Assembly (NCBI GenBank): GCA_040954595.2 | Contig: CM082598.2 | Span: 3,836,507-3,900,506 of the forward strand | DNA: 64,000 nucleotides | Reading direction: 5' to 3' | Source: Balanoglossus misakiensis | Lineage: Eukaryota; Animalia; Hemichordata | Shown here: piece by piece, positions 14,201 to 29,200 of the stretch | Position numbering within the stretch: the stretch's first letter is position 1 | How the letters are laid out: each line of letters opens with the position of its first letter | Position numbers and translations under genes: made by a program | The notes under the pieces: model-generated | What the model saw: only the letters and a program-made list of their open reading frames with translations | Database searches by the model: none | Told to the model about the DNA's origin: nothing

Positions 14201-17200
14201 TTCCAGACTATTTTAAATGGATACCAGTTTTCTGTGACACATGATTGTGTTGTTTTATAAGTAAAGAGGTTTGAATCTTGGGATGTGGGTGGGGAGGGGG
14301 AGGGTAACCTTGGATCATGGGGGCGCACTGTTGTCCCCCCAAAAACTGGTAGGACTCTAGACTACCTGCATCTTTGTATAAATATATAAATATCAAAGTT
14401 AATATTAGTTTAAACTGAAATTATACAAATAGTGATAATACATGATGGAGAAAAAAGGTGCAATGGTGAGTTGGTTTCCAATGGTTTCTGCACTGGTGTT
14501 AAAAATTAAATGCTAATTTTGAAACTGTCGCAAGTAACATGCTGTGTAGATATCGTTAATTTGCATAGAGGAAATGTGACCTCATCAGCTGGAGGGGATC
14601 TGATTGGTTGATTATCGTAAGTCATAACGCTGGATGATTGGAAATATAGCATCTGTCTCTGGCAAAAAACAGACAGACAAGTGTTAATGAATAAAGCATC
14701 GCTGTCATATTTTCAGAATTATTAGTGGCAGTGTTATTGTTGGTAACCTATTAAAAACTATTAAAAGGTGTGTGGAAATGTGTTGCTAAGTTTAACCAAA
14801 GGCAAGTCATGCGCCAGTTTCAACTAGTTCATGAGTTTAAGTTCTCTGGTGGCTATTATATCTGCTACCCAGTCATAAAACAAGCCTGTGAACTCTATAA
14901 TGGATTTAACCACACCAGTGTAAGGGGCAATGAGATTAACTATCAAATTACAGATATTTTTGTATCAACTGGGTCGAATTTTCATCAATACAATTTCGTT
15001 GAAAGCATTTGACTTGTAGGCCAGTGTGTGTATGTACCACACAAAAATTAAACATAAAATCTGTTCTAACAATTATGGAGAACAACACTTTATTGATGAC
15101 CCTTTATCGCTGGTTGAATAAAACAGTAAAATGAATATTTCCAGTTCACATGATAATCTTTAATCTCCAATGCGACATATGTTTCCTATGCTTACTTCCT
15201 GTTGCCATCTGTTGCACACATATGCAAATTATTATCAAAAACTACCATGCAAATATCTTACTAAACGTTTCTAAATATTGGATGTATACAGGTGGCCTCT
15301 GTTTTTTTCAAGTCTGTAAATCTCTGTCTTGTCGTGAGAATTAAAATGATAGATCATATCTACTTTCTAACACTAGTACATGTAATAGTTTTGGTTAATT
15401 TGCATTTAAATGATATTTGCTGTTAAAAATTAAAATGGGAGACCAAAAACATGGAACTTTTTATTCACATGTTTTTAAAATGGTAGAAACCTAATTGATG
15501 TGATCTTACATGTCTGGTTGTTTTGATTTTACAAACACAAGCCAATCGTCTGACTATATGCTGTTTCTGTAATTAAATAATATTGTTTCAGGAACACAAA
15601 AAATAACAAGGTCATCTGAAATATTAAATGGAATCTATTAATTCGTTATCCAGTGAAGTGGTTAATAATATTGATTTTATGCATCAGGTTTTTCATACCG
15701 AGGTTTTAAGCTTTATTTTATATGATGATATTAGAACTGAAGGGCCTTTGATACAGATTTTAATCCTCTGGGGTTGTATCATTTTAATATGTGAAATATA
15801 CAGAATCTATGAATGATATGTTTCTGCATATTTTCTATTTCGATTCTGTTTTGACGAATGATTCTGGTCGAATTGTAGCAGCTTAAAAGTTATATTGAGG
15901 TTTGATTCTGAAAATTGATGGTAAATACCATGCTACAAGTGGTAGTATTGATCCGCTGAATTTATGTCATGCTTGGTTCCACAAACTGTTACATGGCTTC
16001 TACGATAAAAATATATTTGGCAACAGGTTTTATTTTATAACGATTTTATCGTGTACAGATTTTAAGGATTTATTGGCCTGTTTTTCGCTTTCTGGCGGAA
16101 TTCTGAAAAAGTCTGGAGTCACAGACTTTATCCTGTCAGCCAATCTATACTTACCACACACATACCAGTACAGTGAAATTTCTCTAAACTGTTCTCACGC
16201 CTGCATAACGGCCTAGGCAAATTGTCTGATATGAACCCCACTATTAAAGGGACAAAGTCTCTCTCTCGCTGCGCTTTTTCCATTAATTATGGTTGATGCA
16301 AGACATCGTTTATGTCATTCTACATGTGGATATATAGAGAATCAATGTTGGACCACACCCAACTTCCATCCCATTTGTAGGATTATAGAGTCAAAATCTT
16401 GCAAAAATGAATAAATGGTAGAGACCGATTATTCAATTTGGCGAGTTTTTTCACTCTTGTGTCTACAAGTGGGATGGAAGTTGTGTGTGGTTGGATGTTG
16501 ATTCGCTATATATCCGCATGTAGAATAACATAAACAGTGTTTTGTATCAAACATAATTAATGAAAAAAGGGCAGCGTGAGAGAGACTGTCCCTTTAAATG
16601 TGTACTGGCATGATGGCCATACATGATACACACCGTGTCTGTATACTCTGGTATTCAATAGCATAGTCTAGTAACAGCACTTCACGCGTTGAAAATCATT
16701 CATACAGACCCAGACAAAGTTGTGAAACTAAAGTAGCCTTCGTTTGGGTCATTTGAGAAAACCATACATCACATCGAGTGTGTCTGTTTTTTATAAACCA
16801 AAGTTTTGAAAGCGTTCATTTTCAGATCCTTTTACATTAAGCCTCTGGTATCATATGACCACTGATCCTACACGTTTGTCAGTCAATTGTGCCCAGGCAC
16901 TTTAGACATAAAACACTTGCAACGGGACATGCAAATAAATAAACTTCCCCTTCTCAAATTCACCGGACATAAGGTTCTGTATTGTTGGGGAAGGTTTATT
17001 GGAAATTTTTCAGAGTTTTCAAGGAGTTTGGCCTTTAACATTGGAATATTTCATGGCGGTTACACTACAAGAAAGCAAGCAGTCAGTTGGGGTGTATAAT
17101 CCTACTTTGTGGAAACTACATGTGAAATGCAACTTGCTGACCATCGTGGAGCTATAGTACTTAAAGGTATACTGTCACCTATGGAAAATAAGGTATAGTT

Positions 17201-20200
17201 ACCGTGGCGAATTGAAATCTAGCCAATCATAGATTTTCAGGTGGGGGGCACATGCGAAAAAAGAGCGCCACCCTGTGTTCTTTAGAACGCTAAAATACCC
17301 CATTTCAGCCATATATGGGCGTATCTAAATTGGAGGTGACCGTATACCTTTAAAGTTCTGATTTGTGATAATGAATTGCTTGCTAGCGTTTCAATGTCTA
17401 ATAAACTAGGGTACAGTAGCCCTAATAGTTGCTTTTATGTTATTTTGTACTTTAAAGTTTATCTGGGTAATGTACTGTGTAGCAGATGTTGACATTACCA
17501 TTCAGATTGTGTTTCATAGTATTAGATTAAAAAAACACCAATGTTTCACTTGGCATTTTTGTTCAATACTGGCCCTTAAGTTTAAACGAAAGCACAGGCT
17601 GCATAAACAATATCAGAGAACATACACCTGAAACAAGACCAACAATAGTGGCAGTTTTAGCTAACATTTGGCCGAATTGTTTAATTACCCCAGTGCAGCA
17701 AATTGAAAAAGAATGCTTGATTTGTACTCTGAATTTATATCGGTAATGATAAAACTAGACCGTATTGCAAATACAGTAAAACCTGTCTAAACCGAACCCA
17801 GTCTAATCTGGAAGATATTTTCTCATTTAACATATCAGTAGGAGACAATTTTTGAAAGTGACAGTTGCAGGAAATAACCCACTTGAAATTAACAGGAAAT
17901 GATCACTTAACTACCCCATGATTACTTTCTTAATCATTATTTCATTTTGTATAGAAATTCTTAATTTCTACATATGAAGTGTTTTCAGAATTAATTTTTA
18001 TCTGAAAATGACAATTCGTTTCCTGTGGCGAGGATATAATTTAATGATCAAACGCCAGCTACTTTAAAATGGAAACATTAATTATTCCCACACCAGCATA
18101 ATTTACCACAGTCAGGGATTTTCATGGAATAATCTTAATAACCCCTTCCACCACTATGGTGCAGTCCATGTCAGAAACACTGTTGAAAGAAAACGTGTGG
18201 TGACATGAATGATTGGCTGGTTGGATCATAGACAGAAGGAGCTGTTTGCGGTTTGTTGAATGAATGAATGAATGAATGAATGAATGAATGGACGAATGAA
18301 TGAATGAATGAATGAATTTGTCAATGGGCTGGTACTTCTTTGATAACCATCAATAGAGATGAATAGATGAGTGTTAAACAACAGACTATGGTATTTCACA
18401 CCCAGTCACGGTGAATCAACATCAAATGCCGTTGTCTTCTTCGTTGTTACTACATTTTATTTCTGTCTCAACTTGCCAGGTCTTGTAACAATCAAATATC
18501 AAGTTATTTTGGAAAACCATGCTATTCTTGGGTACTTACGCACCCTGCAGTCTGTTAATAGTTTGCTCACGAGTCACATTTTTAGGTCATGCACATATGA
18601 TATTTCAATATAGTTGATATATGGTGTATATTTTCCTTGAAACTTCAACACAGTAAAAATAGCAGAATTTAGCAGTGACAGTTGATTGACCTGTTTGACT
18701 GGCTGATTAAACAAACAAACAAACAAACAAACACACACACAAACAAACAAACAAATAAATCAGCAAATGACAAATACAAGTCATTGTTGTTTCATTCACA
18801 GCAGAACCTCCATTGAGCATATTTTTTTTCGCTGTTAGAGGGCACACTACCTCGTTGATTTCAATCATAACATTTCAATTTGCTAAACTCTCCTCTTGAA
18901 GGACGTATGACTTCGTGACAGGTATCTGAGTCGCAATTTTTTTTCCTTGTCGCAGTTTATGACAATATCAAGGATGTAAACTTCCTTTTCTACTAAATCA
19001 TTTTACCAGAGCGCATAGAAATTATTAACTAATATTAATAGCATATCTTTCAAATAACTGTGTATACTTTTTTGAATCAATGACTCGCACTTGAAGTATG
19101 ATTAGGTTTCCATGGCGATGCTTTCTGACACGTGTAACATTCCTTTATGGTCACCTGTGTAATAGGCAACAGAAAAATTGGTGTGTATACAAAGTTTAAT
19201 ACTTCAAAGATGATATAGAAATGCCAAGTGGTTGTTGGTTGGTGGATTATGCAGTTATGTGGTCACACTGTGGCATAGTGACTTGTGATTCTGTAAAGTG
19301 TAAAGGAAGGCTGATGTCCAGTGGTCGACCACACCTGCTATTTTCAGGGCAACAGTCCCGGTGACCTGCAGTGCATTGAAATGTATCGCATAGGTGGTTA
19401 TAACCACCTGTTGCACAACTTTGCTGATTGATCTAACAAAGAAATGTTAAGAAATCAACCAGTCTTGTACAAGTGTGTGAGATTGCTGCAGGTCAGCTGT
19501 AATCTGAAGTGCCTTTAGTCTGTCGTCATTCGTGCACCTGGTGTACACCTGTTTAGAGAGTGAAATTACAAAACATCTGACCAATCAGAATCAAACCATA
19601 CAGGACTGTTGCACTTTGGTCACTATTTCCATGTGTGTTAATGCTTTTAAATAATTGAAATTCTTTATTGTATTGTATAAAATATATATGATCATCAGTC
19701 ATGAATGAACGGTTAGCCATGATTCCTAGGTCATTGTCGTATGAAAAGAAATGTTTACAAGTTCAAACAACACAGGCAATAAATAAACAAAGCTACACAT
19801 ACTAAGCAAGACAAGACACGGTTGATGAAAGGAAATATTGACACTTTCCACATAAATTGAGGAAGTGACATAAGTTTTTGTAGATTAGTAATTAATAGCA
19901 TTTTGCATATGATGGCGTATTTACAAGTACAGTGCATATCTGTGTATGACCTCAGGCAAGGATGGCTAACTTTTTTTCGCTTAAGCCATGGACTATTGGC
20001 CGGGAGTGACAGTGATTGTGGAATAGAATTTCAGTGTGACGTCAAGTCTCTTTCATAAAAATGTTACTTTCCTATTATGGTAATTGCTTTTTATTCCCGG
20101 TCGTCAATGACCCATTGATAATCCCCCCAGATGACACACACTGGCATTTCCATATTTTTCCATATTCAACGCTTTTTTAAATGTATCAGCGTAGTGCGTA

Positions 20201-23200
20201 CCCACAGGTTGGTGCATGATCGTGTTTGTCAATCACTTCGACAAACCCATTCATGTTCGTGCACGTCATACCAGAGCAACCACTCCAGTTCAACACAGCT
20301 GGCTCCTACCTCGGTACCATCCACAAATAATCGTCGGAATTTAGTGGACATTTTTTACCCTTCACTGCTCTTTTCCGATCAGCCTCCCTTCTCCCATCCC
20401 TAACTAGTCGACGCTTTTGATTAGAATCGGATTTTTGGTCGGGAAATTTGCACCGAAAACTGGGAATTTCTTTTTCCGTGTTCATCCTTGTCTCTCTCTA
20501 AGGGGATGGCTTGCTACCGGCACTACCACTACCATGTAAGTATCTATTTCAACTGTACTTTCTCATCAAATTCAAGCCTGTAATTGAACATTTATACACC
20601 TATACCAAGTCAGTTCTTTTTCAATTTGAAAAAAAATTCAGACGATCAGTTCCGTGATATACTGACTGATATTTATAATTCTTTGAAGAAAATTGTTCTT
20701 GAAGTCTGTAACAAATAGGAGAAAGTCTCATTTTCTTTTGCTTTCAAATCATGATTTTCATATTTTAAAAATTAAATTTAAACGTGATATTTTTCAGTAC
20801 GTTTTTGAAAAGCTCTGTCATTAACTGGAATCTGATATAAATAAGAGGTACTTGGCTTTTTAAGATAAAAAGTTGTGACAGTGATTAATTTACCCATTCT
20901 CAGATAAAAAATACAGAAACAAATTTTGCTGTGATTTTCAGATTTTTACAGGTGATCAGGAATGTATTGTAATGATTTATAGTGTACGAGTTGAATGAAC
21001 GTTCCTAATGTTCATTTCTATGATACAATTGATTTGTGCTCAGGACATTTACTGTTACTGAAAAACTGATTTAAAAAAATGTAAATGTGTCTTACATAAA
21101 AACTTGGTGGTTTATAAGACAGCAACACATAGTTTGAAGTCGGTTGTGTATAATTGTGATCGGTCAATTGGAATCTGCGACATGTTTGGTTAAAACATGT
21201 CTGAAATTCCTGTTGACTGTTTAAAATATCAACCATGACAATCTAATATTAAGTTAATTGGAAGTGAAAACACTTCTTTGATCTGTCGTTCAGTTGGAAA
21301 AAGGGAGTCATAAATAATTTTTTCACGGCAGATCGTAAAAATGTTTGAAACCTGATGAAACATTTGCAACATGCCGAGGTGATGAATCTTTAATTCAACA
21401 GGTTGCTACCCTATTTGCATAAATTTACATGTCGTTAGCATACATGTTGACAGTGGTGGTCACAGATGTTGAACAGTGTAGCATTTGCGTACTATTATTT
21501 CTGTATCAACTAAATCTTGCGCTTAGATTTCACTACCTAAGTCAGCACGTACCATTTCACAATATAAAGAATAAAGACAATTGTTTTCTTTTGACTTCTG
21601 AAGCAAAGTAAAATTTAGCTTGGCAAATTTAAGTACTTAAATGTTCAACAAAGCCAGGTTTACCGTCTTGTGTAAGAATACTATTTTTCTACTCAACCAA
21701 CATACTACATGTAGTGACTTTTTGTTTCTGGCCATGTTTAATAGTGCCTTGATTTTGTTAGTGAAATTCTGTGATTTGTTTGTTACTTTGCTACTAGTGT
21801 GTTCACTGGTGTCTGTTGGGTATATCTGTGAATGAACTTGGTGACTGATCGTCGTGGTTTGTGGTTTGGTTTTATTTCTCGGTCTTTTGGAATTAGCCCT
21901 CAGAGACCTGATGGTGTTCATTTGTGTTTGCGCTGCTTTGGCCCATGTACAAACTTGCGCTAATGCGATGAGAAAACACAGCTTTTGAACACTGAAGTGT
22001 TTGGAAAGCCATGGAAACGTTCATCTAAAGGACTAATTTGTCTGATTGTTGAAGACACAGACCCTTTTGTGTCATGTCTCTTGCCCAAATCACAGCATTG
22101 AAAATAATAGATAGAACTTTGGTCTTGAAAGGGCTGATGGGCAAATGGCCGGAGCCTCCCAGAATTAATTAAACAGACAAAAGAGTTGGGCATAATTAGA
22201 GTCATTGTAATCAGTCCATTGAATTAAGCTCTATTGTTTCAAGTGTACATATAATTAGCTGTAACTACATGTTTCGCAAAATGCTAGTCCTCTGGCGTCA
22301 TTCGTTGAACAACATCCTCAGTTGCAACAGCTTGCGGATGCAGTTGCTATGCAAATAATACCCCCCCCCCCCCTGTTGCCAATGGCAACTCAAAAATCGC
22401 TGTCAGGGATTGCAATGACAGGTTGATATACAGTTAAATCCATAAAAGGAAATTAAATCCATAAAAAATGTGTGGTGTATGTTCAACCACCTACAATGTT
22501 CGTATTAAAAAGAGATATTTTTACCAGTGTTTTATTGACTCCCTTGTCGAATACATTCCATACCAACTTATCCTCTGACTGACTGTCACATTACAATGAA
22601 ACTCGACTGCCTGCTGGGCCAATGAAGCTTTAGTTTCACTACCTAAACCTATGCTGGCCCTGTCCCCTATATACGGACACCACTCCGCAACAGGGGACCA
22701 GACCAGTGTAGTATAAAACTAGGGTTATAACGTCTAAGAGTGTTTCATGTTGAGTAGCGCTCAATGAGTCTTGAAGCAGCTCATTAACACTTTGGATACT
22801 TTGGATCTGAGCAACCTTTGACATGGAGAACTTATACATCTTGACTGAGGTATACTTGAAGATTATTTGTGGTTATAATTTTGCTGTTTGGTAGGTGTAC
22901 AGTAACCAGAGTCTAGTATCTAGCTGTGTGTTGTGGGCTTTGCTTCCAAAACTAACAAAGTAGACAACACACGGCTGGATACTAGACTAGTGCGTGTGAC
23001 TTAGTGTAACCATGGACAAGTTTGTTCGCTCTTACTTATACAGAGCATGTTCTGTGTTTAACTTGAAGATGAGACGATTCCTTTCTCTCTGGGAATCATA
23101 GCCAAGGAAAAAGTCAGTTTTCCTCAGACTTCCTTAGACAGTTTGAGAATCTTTGAACTCTTGAAGTAGTGAAAGTTTTGATTGTCTATGAAACCATACA

Positions 23201-26200
23201 AAGTCGTACCTGCGTCAGATACCCAGTAAATTTACCAAGAAGGTGTTCTCTGCCGTTTTCGCAGAAATCGTTGGCATTTTCACAGAATTTCTCCGAATCG
23301 AGTTGCTAGGGATTGCAGCTGATAGGTTTACCGAAAACCATCCACTTGACGCGTGACATTTATGAGTCAGTACCAAACCAGGTGTAAGGATTTATTGATC
23401 ATCTGCTGTGTCAGAACACTCGAATCAATCTGATTTCAATGAACTTTTGGTATGCAATATTGCATGAAAACACTTGAGATATAAACGCATCTGTAAATAA
23501 CAGACATTTAATACTAAACAGATATTTCTAGCCCCATTTACAAAAAAATCTAAGGTATTAAAATCGTAATCGTTAGGCTGCATTCACAAACACCTCTGGA
23601 GGGGGGGGCGGGAGAATTCAAATTTTTTTACCGCTAATTTTCACATGCCCCCCTTCCGAACTGCCAATATTTTCAAATCCCCCCCTTCCGAACTGCCAAA
23701 ATTTTGAAATCCCCCCCCCCCCCATTTTCTTTCACTGAGCAAAACACATCACCTATCTATCTTGTAAAAAGAAAAACAGCGCTCCCATGAAAAGAATTTG
23801 AAACTGATGTTTTCCCTCATCAGTGGGTATTAAAACTGAACATTGTTTTTATTTTTTAAGTACATATATTTGTATTCTGTGTTGGGAGACATTGTAAACC
23901 GAGAATTGAAGGGGGTGGGTTTGGGAGGGGGTGTCCCCCTCCCACGTAAGAAAATTTTCTAAAATACAGAGCTCAAAGCTGCATTTTAATGAACCCGGCA
24001 AAAGCAAATTAACTCAACTACCGGTATGTTGGGGAGGACAAATTTAACCGTCGCTGCTCAAAGTTATCATGGGGTGGGGGCAAGTCCCCTGACCTGGGAT
24101 ACTAGATAAACCAGTCAATGATTGAAAGGTGTTGATGAATGGAGGGGGTGGGTGTGGGAGGGGGTGTCCCCCTCCCACATTAGAAAATTTTGTAAAATAA
24201 AGGGCGCGAAACTGCATTTTTGTGGACTCAAAATAAATATTTAGTCGTTAAAGTTTTCAAGTCCCCCCCTTTCAGTCCCTAAATTATTTCAAATCCCCCC
24301 CCTTACATACCCTCAATTTTTTCAAATCCCCCCCCTCAATTCTCCCGCCCCCCCCTCCAGAGGTGTTTGTGAATGCAGCCTTAATAGACACTGCATCTAA
24401 CTTAATAGCTGTACCCTGACTTGGGCTACATACAGACAATCGCTTTTTGTTGCTTCGAAATCACTTAATAGTTTCATTCATTCAGAAGTTAAGTGATATA
24501 TATCTTGTCATCAAAAGCTGTGAGTCATTTCACTAATATGTGATTAGGTATAGATCTCTAATTTCCATGGTAACTGGCCAAATTTGTCTCGGTGTTCACC
24601 CTCATACCATGTCCCACAAATGCAAATTTACGTTGCATTTGTTAAGATGCAGTTTGCAGGCACTGTACGTCAAACTTGCATATTAGTCACGTTCAAGTTG
24701 AACCTGAAGAATTTATACAGAATTATTACAAAATAAAATCAATATATATTAAAAGTTGTAAACTTCAAATCATGCTAGTCCGCTACACTTCAGCAGCGAG
24801 CCAATTGAAATAACAGACCCATAACAAGTCTTTAAAACTTTAGCCAAAACGTTTCCACGCCTTAATGTTAACTTAGTTCTCACATATGACAAGACAGGAC
24901 GATTTTATAAATATTTGATGTCCGATTTGAAACAAAACGGGGGACCCAGATCCAACAAAATATCTGTGAACGTTACTGTTGTCGTAGACACTGGTGGTAA
25001 AAACCGGAAACCAGACTCGGAAGTATTTACTTTGCTAATCAGACTATAATTGCGTCACGTCTTACAGAGTTCGATATATTTCCAAACTGAGTAAACATCG
25101 CCTTGTTCAGCATGCCTTTGTCTCTGCGCAACAGGTTGCATGTGGTAACGGACGCTTATAACCATTCGCGATGCCTCGCGGGTAGTGTGTGTAATTTATT
25201 AGGCAAGACGTAGCTTATCTTATTGGCTACTGTGCTCTCTCCCAGTGGAGTGTGTGCTGTGATTGTCACTGCCCAGTATTCTGATAGCTGTGTCCACACA
25301 AATTGACAAGCTGAAGTGAGCTTGCAGAATCTAGCAGTCGTGTGTTTTTCGCGAAAATTCCACGTTGTTTAAAACGCAGTACGTGTATTAGGATTGAAAA
25401 TATCCGACAGTGATTTTCAGTACAAACTAACGTATTTGGCTAAATTCATGCATGCACAATAATTTTGAATTAGAAACATTGTTCATCGTAGATTTACGAA
25501 ACTTGGTAAATTCCAGTCGTTTTCCAGAAAATTCAGCACTGTTCTTACAGTGGCGTGGTCCAAGGTGGAGGCTTACAAGTGTCTAGTGTATTAATCACGG
25601 TCTGCGTCATAGCTTAGGCTGGATGCTTGTTGAGAACTCCATATCTTTTTAATGAGGAGCTGAATATTGCTTGGTGTAATTTTTATGGTCCGGTCGCTAA
25701 AATTCCCAGACCAAGTCCCTGGTGTCTTGTCACCATCTGACATTGCCTTCACCTTGACAAAGTCTATAGTGCCATTTTAAACAAACAGAAAATGTACCCA
25801 CAAACCGTTCATACTCCATTAACAAGAAGGATCTCGATGGAATTGCTTCATTTCTTAACAATATATAGTTGACACTGAAGTACTTCATGCAGGCTTGGCT
25901 TAAAATTCCTATGCACCATTTGGTGTGCACAGATTTGAATGTAAGGTAATTCAAATGTATTGCAAAGCTTTAGACATCATACTTTTAATTGTCCTTTACT
26001 AGAACTGTATCAACACTACTCTTGAGTCCCCAGTGTAATTTGAAACCAAATCTTTGTGGGATGTGGTCCGCAAGTGCCACTGAGTTCAAGGAAAACTGAC
26101 TCTCTGTGCGCTGGAAATACGCCATTTTTATGACAGGAGTTGTAAACTGTACTAGTAACTTGTCCTTAGTTGGCGGTATAGGGTTCCGCGAAGTGCCAGT

Positions 26201-29200
26201 GCTTGAAGACCACTGCGTCGAAATCAGGGGGGGCTGAGTTTAGTCTATCGCAGCGACCCGAAGTGTAGGTTTCAAGACCCTATGCTAGGAAAGCCCTGTT
26301 TTCTCAGAGCTGAAGTGAGAGAATACACTCAACACACCCCCACGTAGAAGCCATGTTGACATGAGAAAATACCGTGATTCAAAACAGGGGAAAAAAAGAA
26401 ATGATTGATTGAATTTGAAAGCTTGAACATTCTAGAAGAGTTAACATGAGGGTACAAGTTAATGCTTATCTCATTAACTTTATGAAGAGGTCCTTTTTCA
26501 TCTTGGGAGGCAGGACTTCTAAACTGCCGATCGCTGGTGAAGACTCACACCAGCCTCTTCCTCTGTGATTTTCGGCTAATCAGTGGTGGTGTTTAAATTG
26601 TTAAACATTGACTGGCACGTTCTCTGATTGGTTGAGCTGGTAACTTTTGGCGCCGGTGATTGGCTGGAGCGGTTTGCAGTGATTCATGTGATGTTTACTG
26701 TGCAATTTAGACGACGTATATATATATCCCGGGCTGAGAGAGTGGTCGGTGTAAACACTATACTTGTACGATCACTCTTGTGTTGAGTAGTGCCCGTACA
26801 AGCTGTGAATCTCTCGTCCTCCAAAACCTGGAGGAGCCCCCACTTGTTTTTTTGTTTTTTTCAAGCTTCTGGATTCCCGACTTTTTTCTCGACTTGCTGA
26901 AAGATAATTGATCGTTCTGCGTTCGTCTTTTTATTCGAAGAATTGCGCAGACTTTATTGGCAGAAGTGACTTTGTTAATAGACACTGGGGAATCCAGTGG
27001 AGTTGCATGAGACAGGAAGCGAACCACAGTCTGACTGTTGGTGGTGGTGCAGAACTAAGAGACTCGATAGCCTGAGCAGCGACTATAGAACAGTAGAGGT
27101 CTGACTCGGTGTACTGGTCAGCTGGGTTTTTCACCTTGAAGCCAACAGCTTTGAGAAGGGCAGCAGTGTCTCTACCGTATCATTCTGAGTGTCGATCTCC
27201 ACTCTTAATTTTACCACACTCATCATGTCTGGGTTCCAAATCTGTTCCTGGTTGCAGTCGCTCTCCAGTGGCATGGAGGACCTGCCTTCCGACTGGCTCA
27301 ACAACATCTTCGAAGACCCACTGCTGACGGACAAAGTGATCAACGACATCACGCCGACTCCTCACATCCAAGCCGACCACAGCTACTCCCTGATGACCGA
27401 GCCCGCACCACCGTCGCCGTTGCTACCTGGTTACCAACTGGACGAGTTTGGACACGGTAAGTCACAAAATTAAAATTTCAAGCATGATGCATATTATTAT
27501 TATTGCATTTATTGTCCTAAAAGGATAATCCACTTACAGCTCAACAGTAAAATTAATTTACCGAGTAAAACCACACATTCAACAAAATCACATAGAGGAC
27601 AGAAACATATACATTTCAGGGATTTAGTTTTCTGATGGTCATTAGCACAAGACTCTTGCTGAACCTCAGCTTAGAGGCAAATTAAACCACATCTGTAAAG
27701 TGCTTTTAATTTAATTGTTTATGAAGATATCGACTGACTAGTTTGCTATAAAATATATCTGACCCTCTACATAGTTTGTTACTGCTTTTGTACGGAGTTT
27801 ATTTTTTGAAGGAAATGGGTCTGTAAAGTTTGTAAACTTTCTCCCCAAAAAACGTCACATTTTATAACCATGCGTTTTATAAATACACTGGACTTTTTAG
27901 TGATGTAGTAAAATAAATTTGACCTTCATAAGCACAGCTGAATTTTTGCCTTATACAATCATGTCATTTTTGGTGATCATTTGGAATTATTTGTATGCCT
28001 CTGCTGCCAATATGTGATCTACCCTGCAATTAACTAATTTCATAGATGATGATATGAACTACAATATGTTTAGTGTATTGATTTATTTTTCCAGCAAAAC
28101 ACAATTTGAAAAAGTAGTTACAGGAATTTACCAATTTTCTTGAAATTTCGTCTTTTGCTGACTGGCCAAATACGAGATACAGACCAAACATTTCCATAGA
28201 AACAGTATATGTTGCTAGGACACGCCCATCACGGACATTACTGTAACAGGTCTTCCAGCCAGGGATATCAAATTCGCTTTTAATCGAAGTTGTGGACTAT
28301 TTTTACTTTATGACAACTTTGCCGAAATGTTGTGATGTCAGGAAGCATCGGAAGTAGGCCATAACTGAGGTTACCCTGTCTGCCTTTCAACTAATAAATC
28401 GGCCCCACCGTAAACAGTAAACGTGAACTAAAGCCTGGCTGAATGATCTATGCTATATCAAGCCAGAGTTATCCCTGGGAAAAAATTCAGATGTACCTCT
28501 CTTGGTTATTGTAACGGGCTATGCGTAATGGACCATTGAGAATTTCAACATGTTGTCGGGAATTGAAAAAGAAACTTTAGCCAATACGCAAAACAGATGC
28601 ACTGAAAAAATACCTAAAGTTGAAGCTATGAGCTTCTATTTTGAGTAAACATCAGTTAATGTTTATCGACCTACTCCCTATTTAGTCTGACACTCCAGAC
28701 TTTACTTAATTATTTGATAGTTATGTCTGTCCCTTCATGAATTTATACACAGTGTACTGATTCAGCTACCATATATACATTAAAAGGATAAAATCTGCAT
28801 CTTTTAATAATATTTCTTGAATGATATCCATGCACCAACTCATTGCAGCATGCATTAGCTTTTCAACAAAGTATGTGCTACATGTAAAATGCAATGATAC
28901 TGATGAAAGTCTGACTGAACTTAAATTATCAATAATAATTAATATAGCTAGTTAAAAAATCTAAGTCTAATAATGATTAGGCTTCGTACTGATATAAACA
29001 TGTTGTTGGGAGTAGAACAAGAAATTTAACACAATGAAAATACTGATAATATCAAAAATTACAAGCACTGTCCGTATTTTCACTATTGGCCGATTTCTGC
29101 GAAATCACAAAGGGGGGGGGGGGAGTTCTTGCTCAGTGATGTCTGCTGAAGAACCCTAATTAAATTAATGGTGTGAAATTTTCTGCACGGAATGGTTGGA

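Noticed and set aside
8280-27257. Many 60-104 aa ORFs in CREB3L intron 1 as nested genes
   Set aside because: Random composition, many non-ATG starts and no motifs or consistent exon chain.
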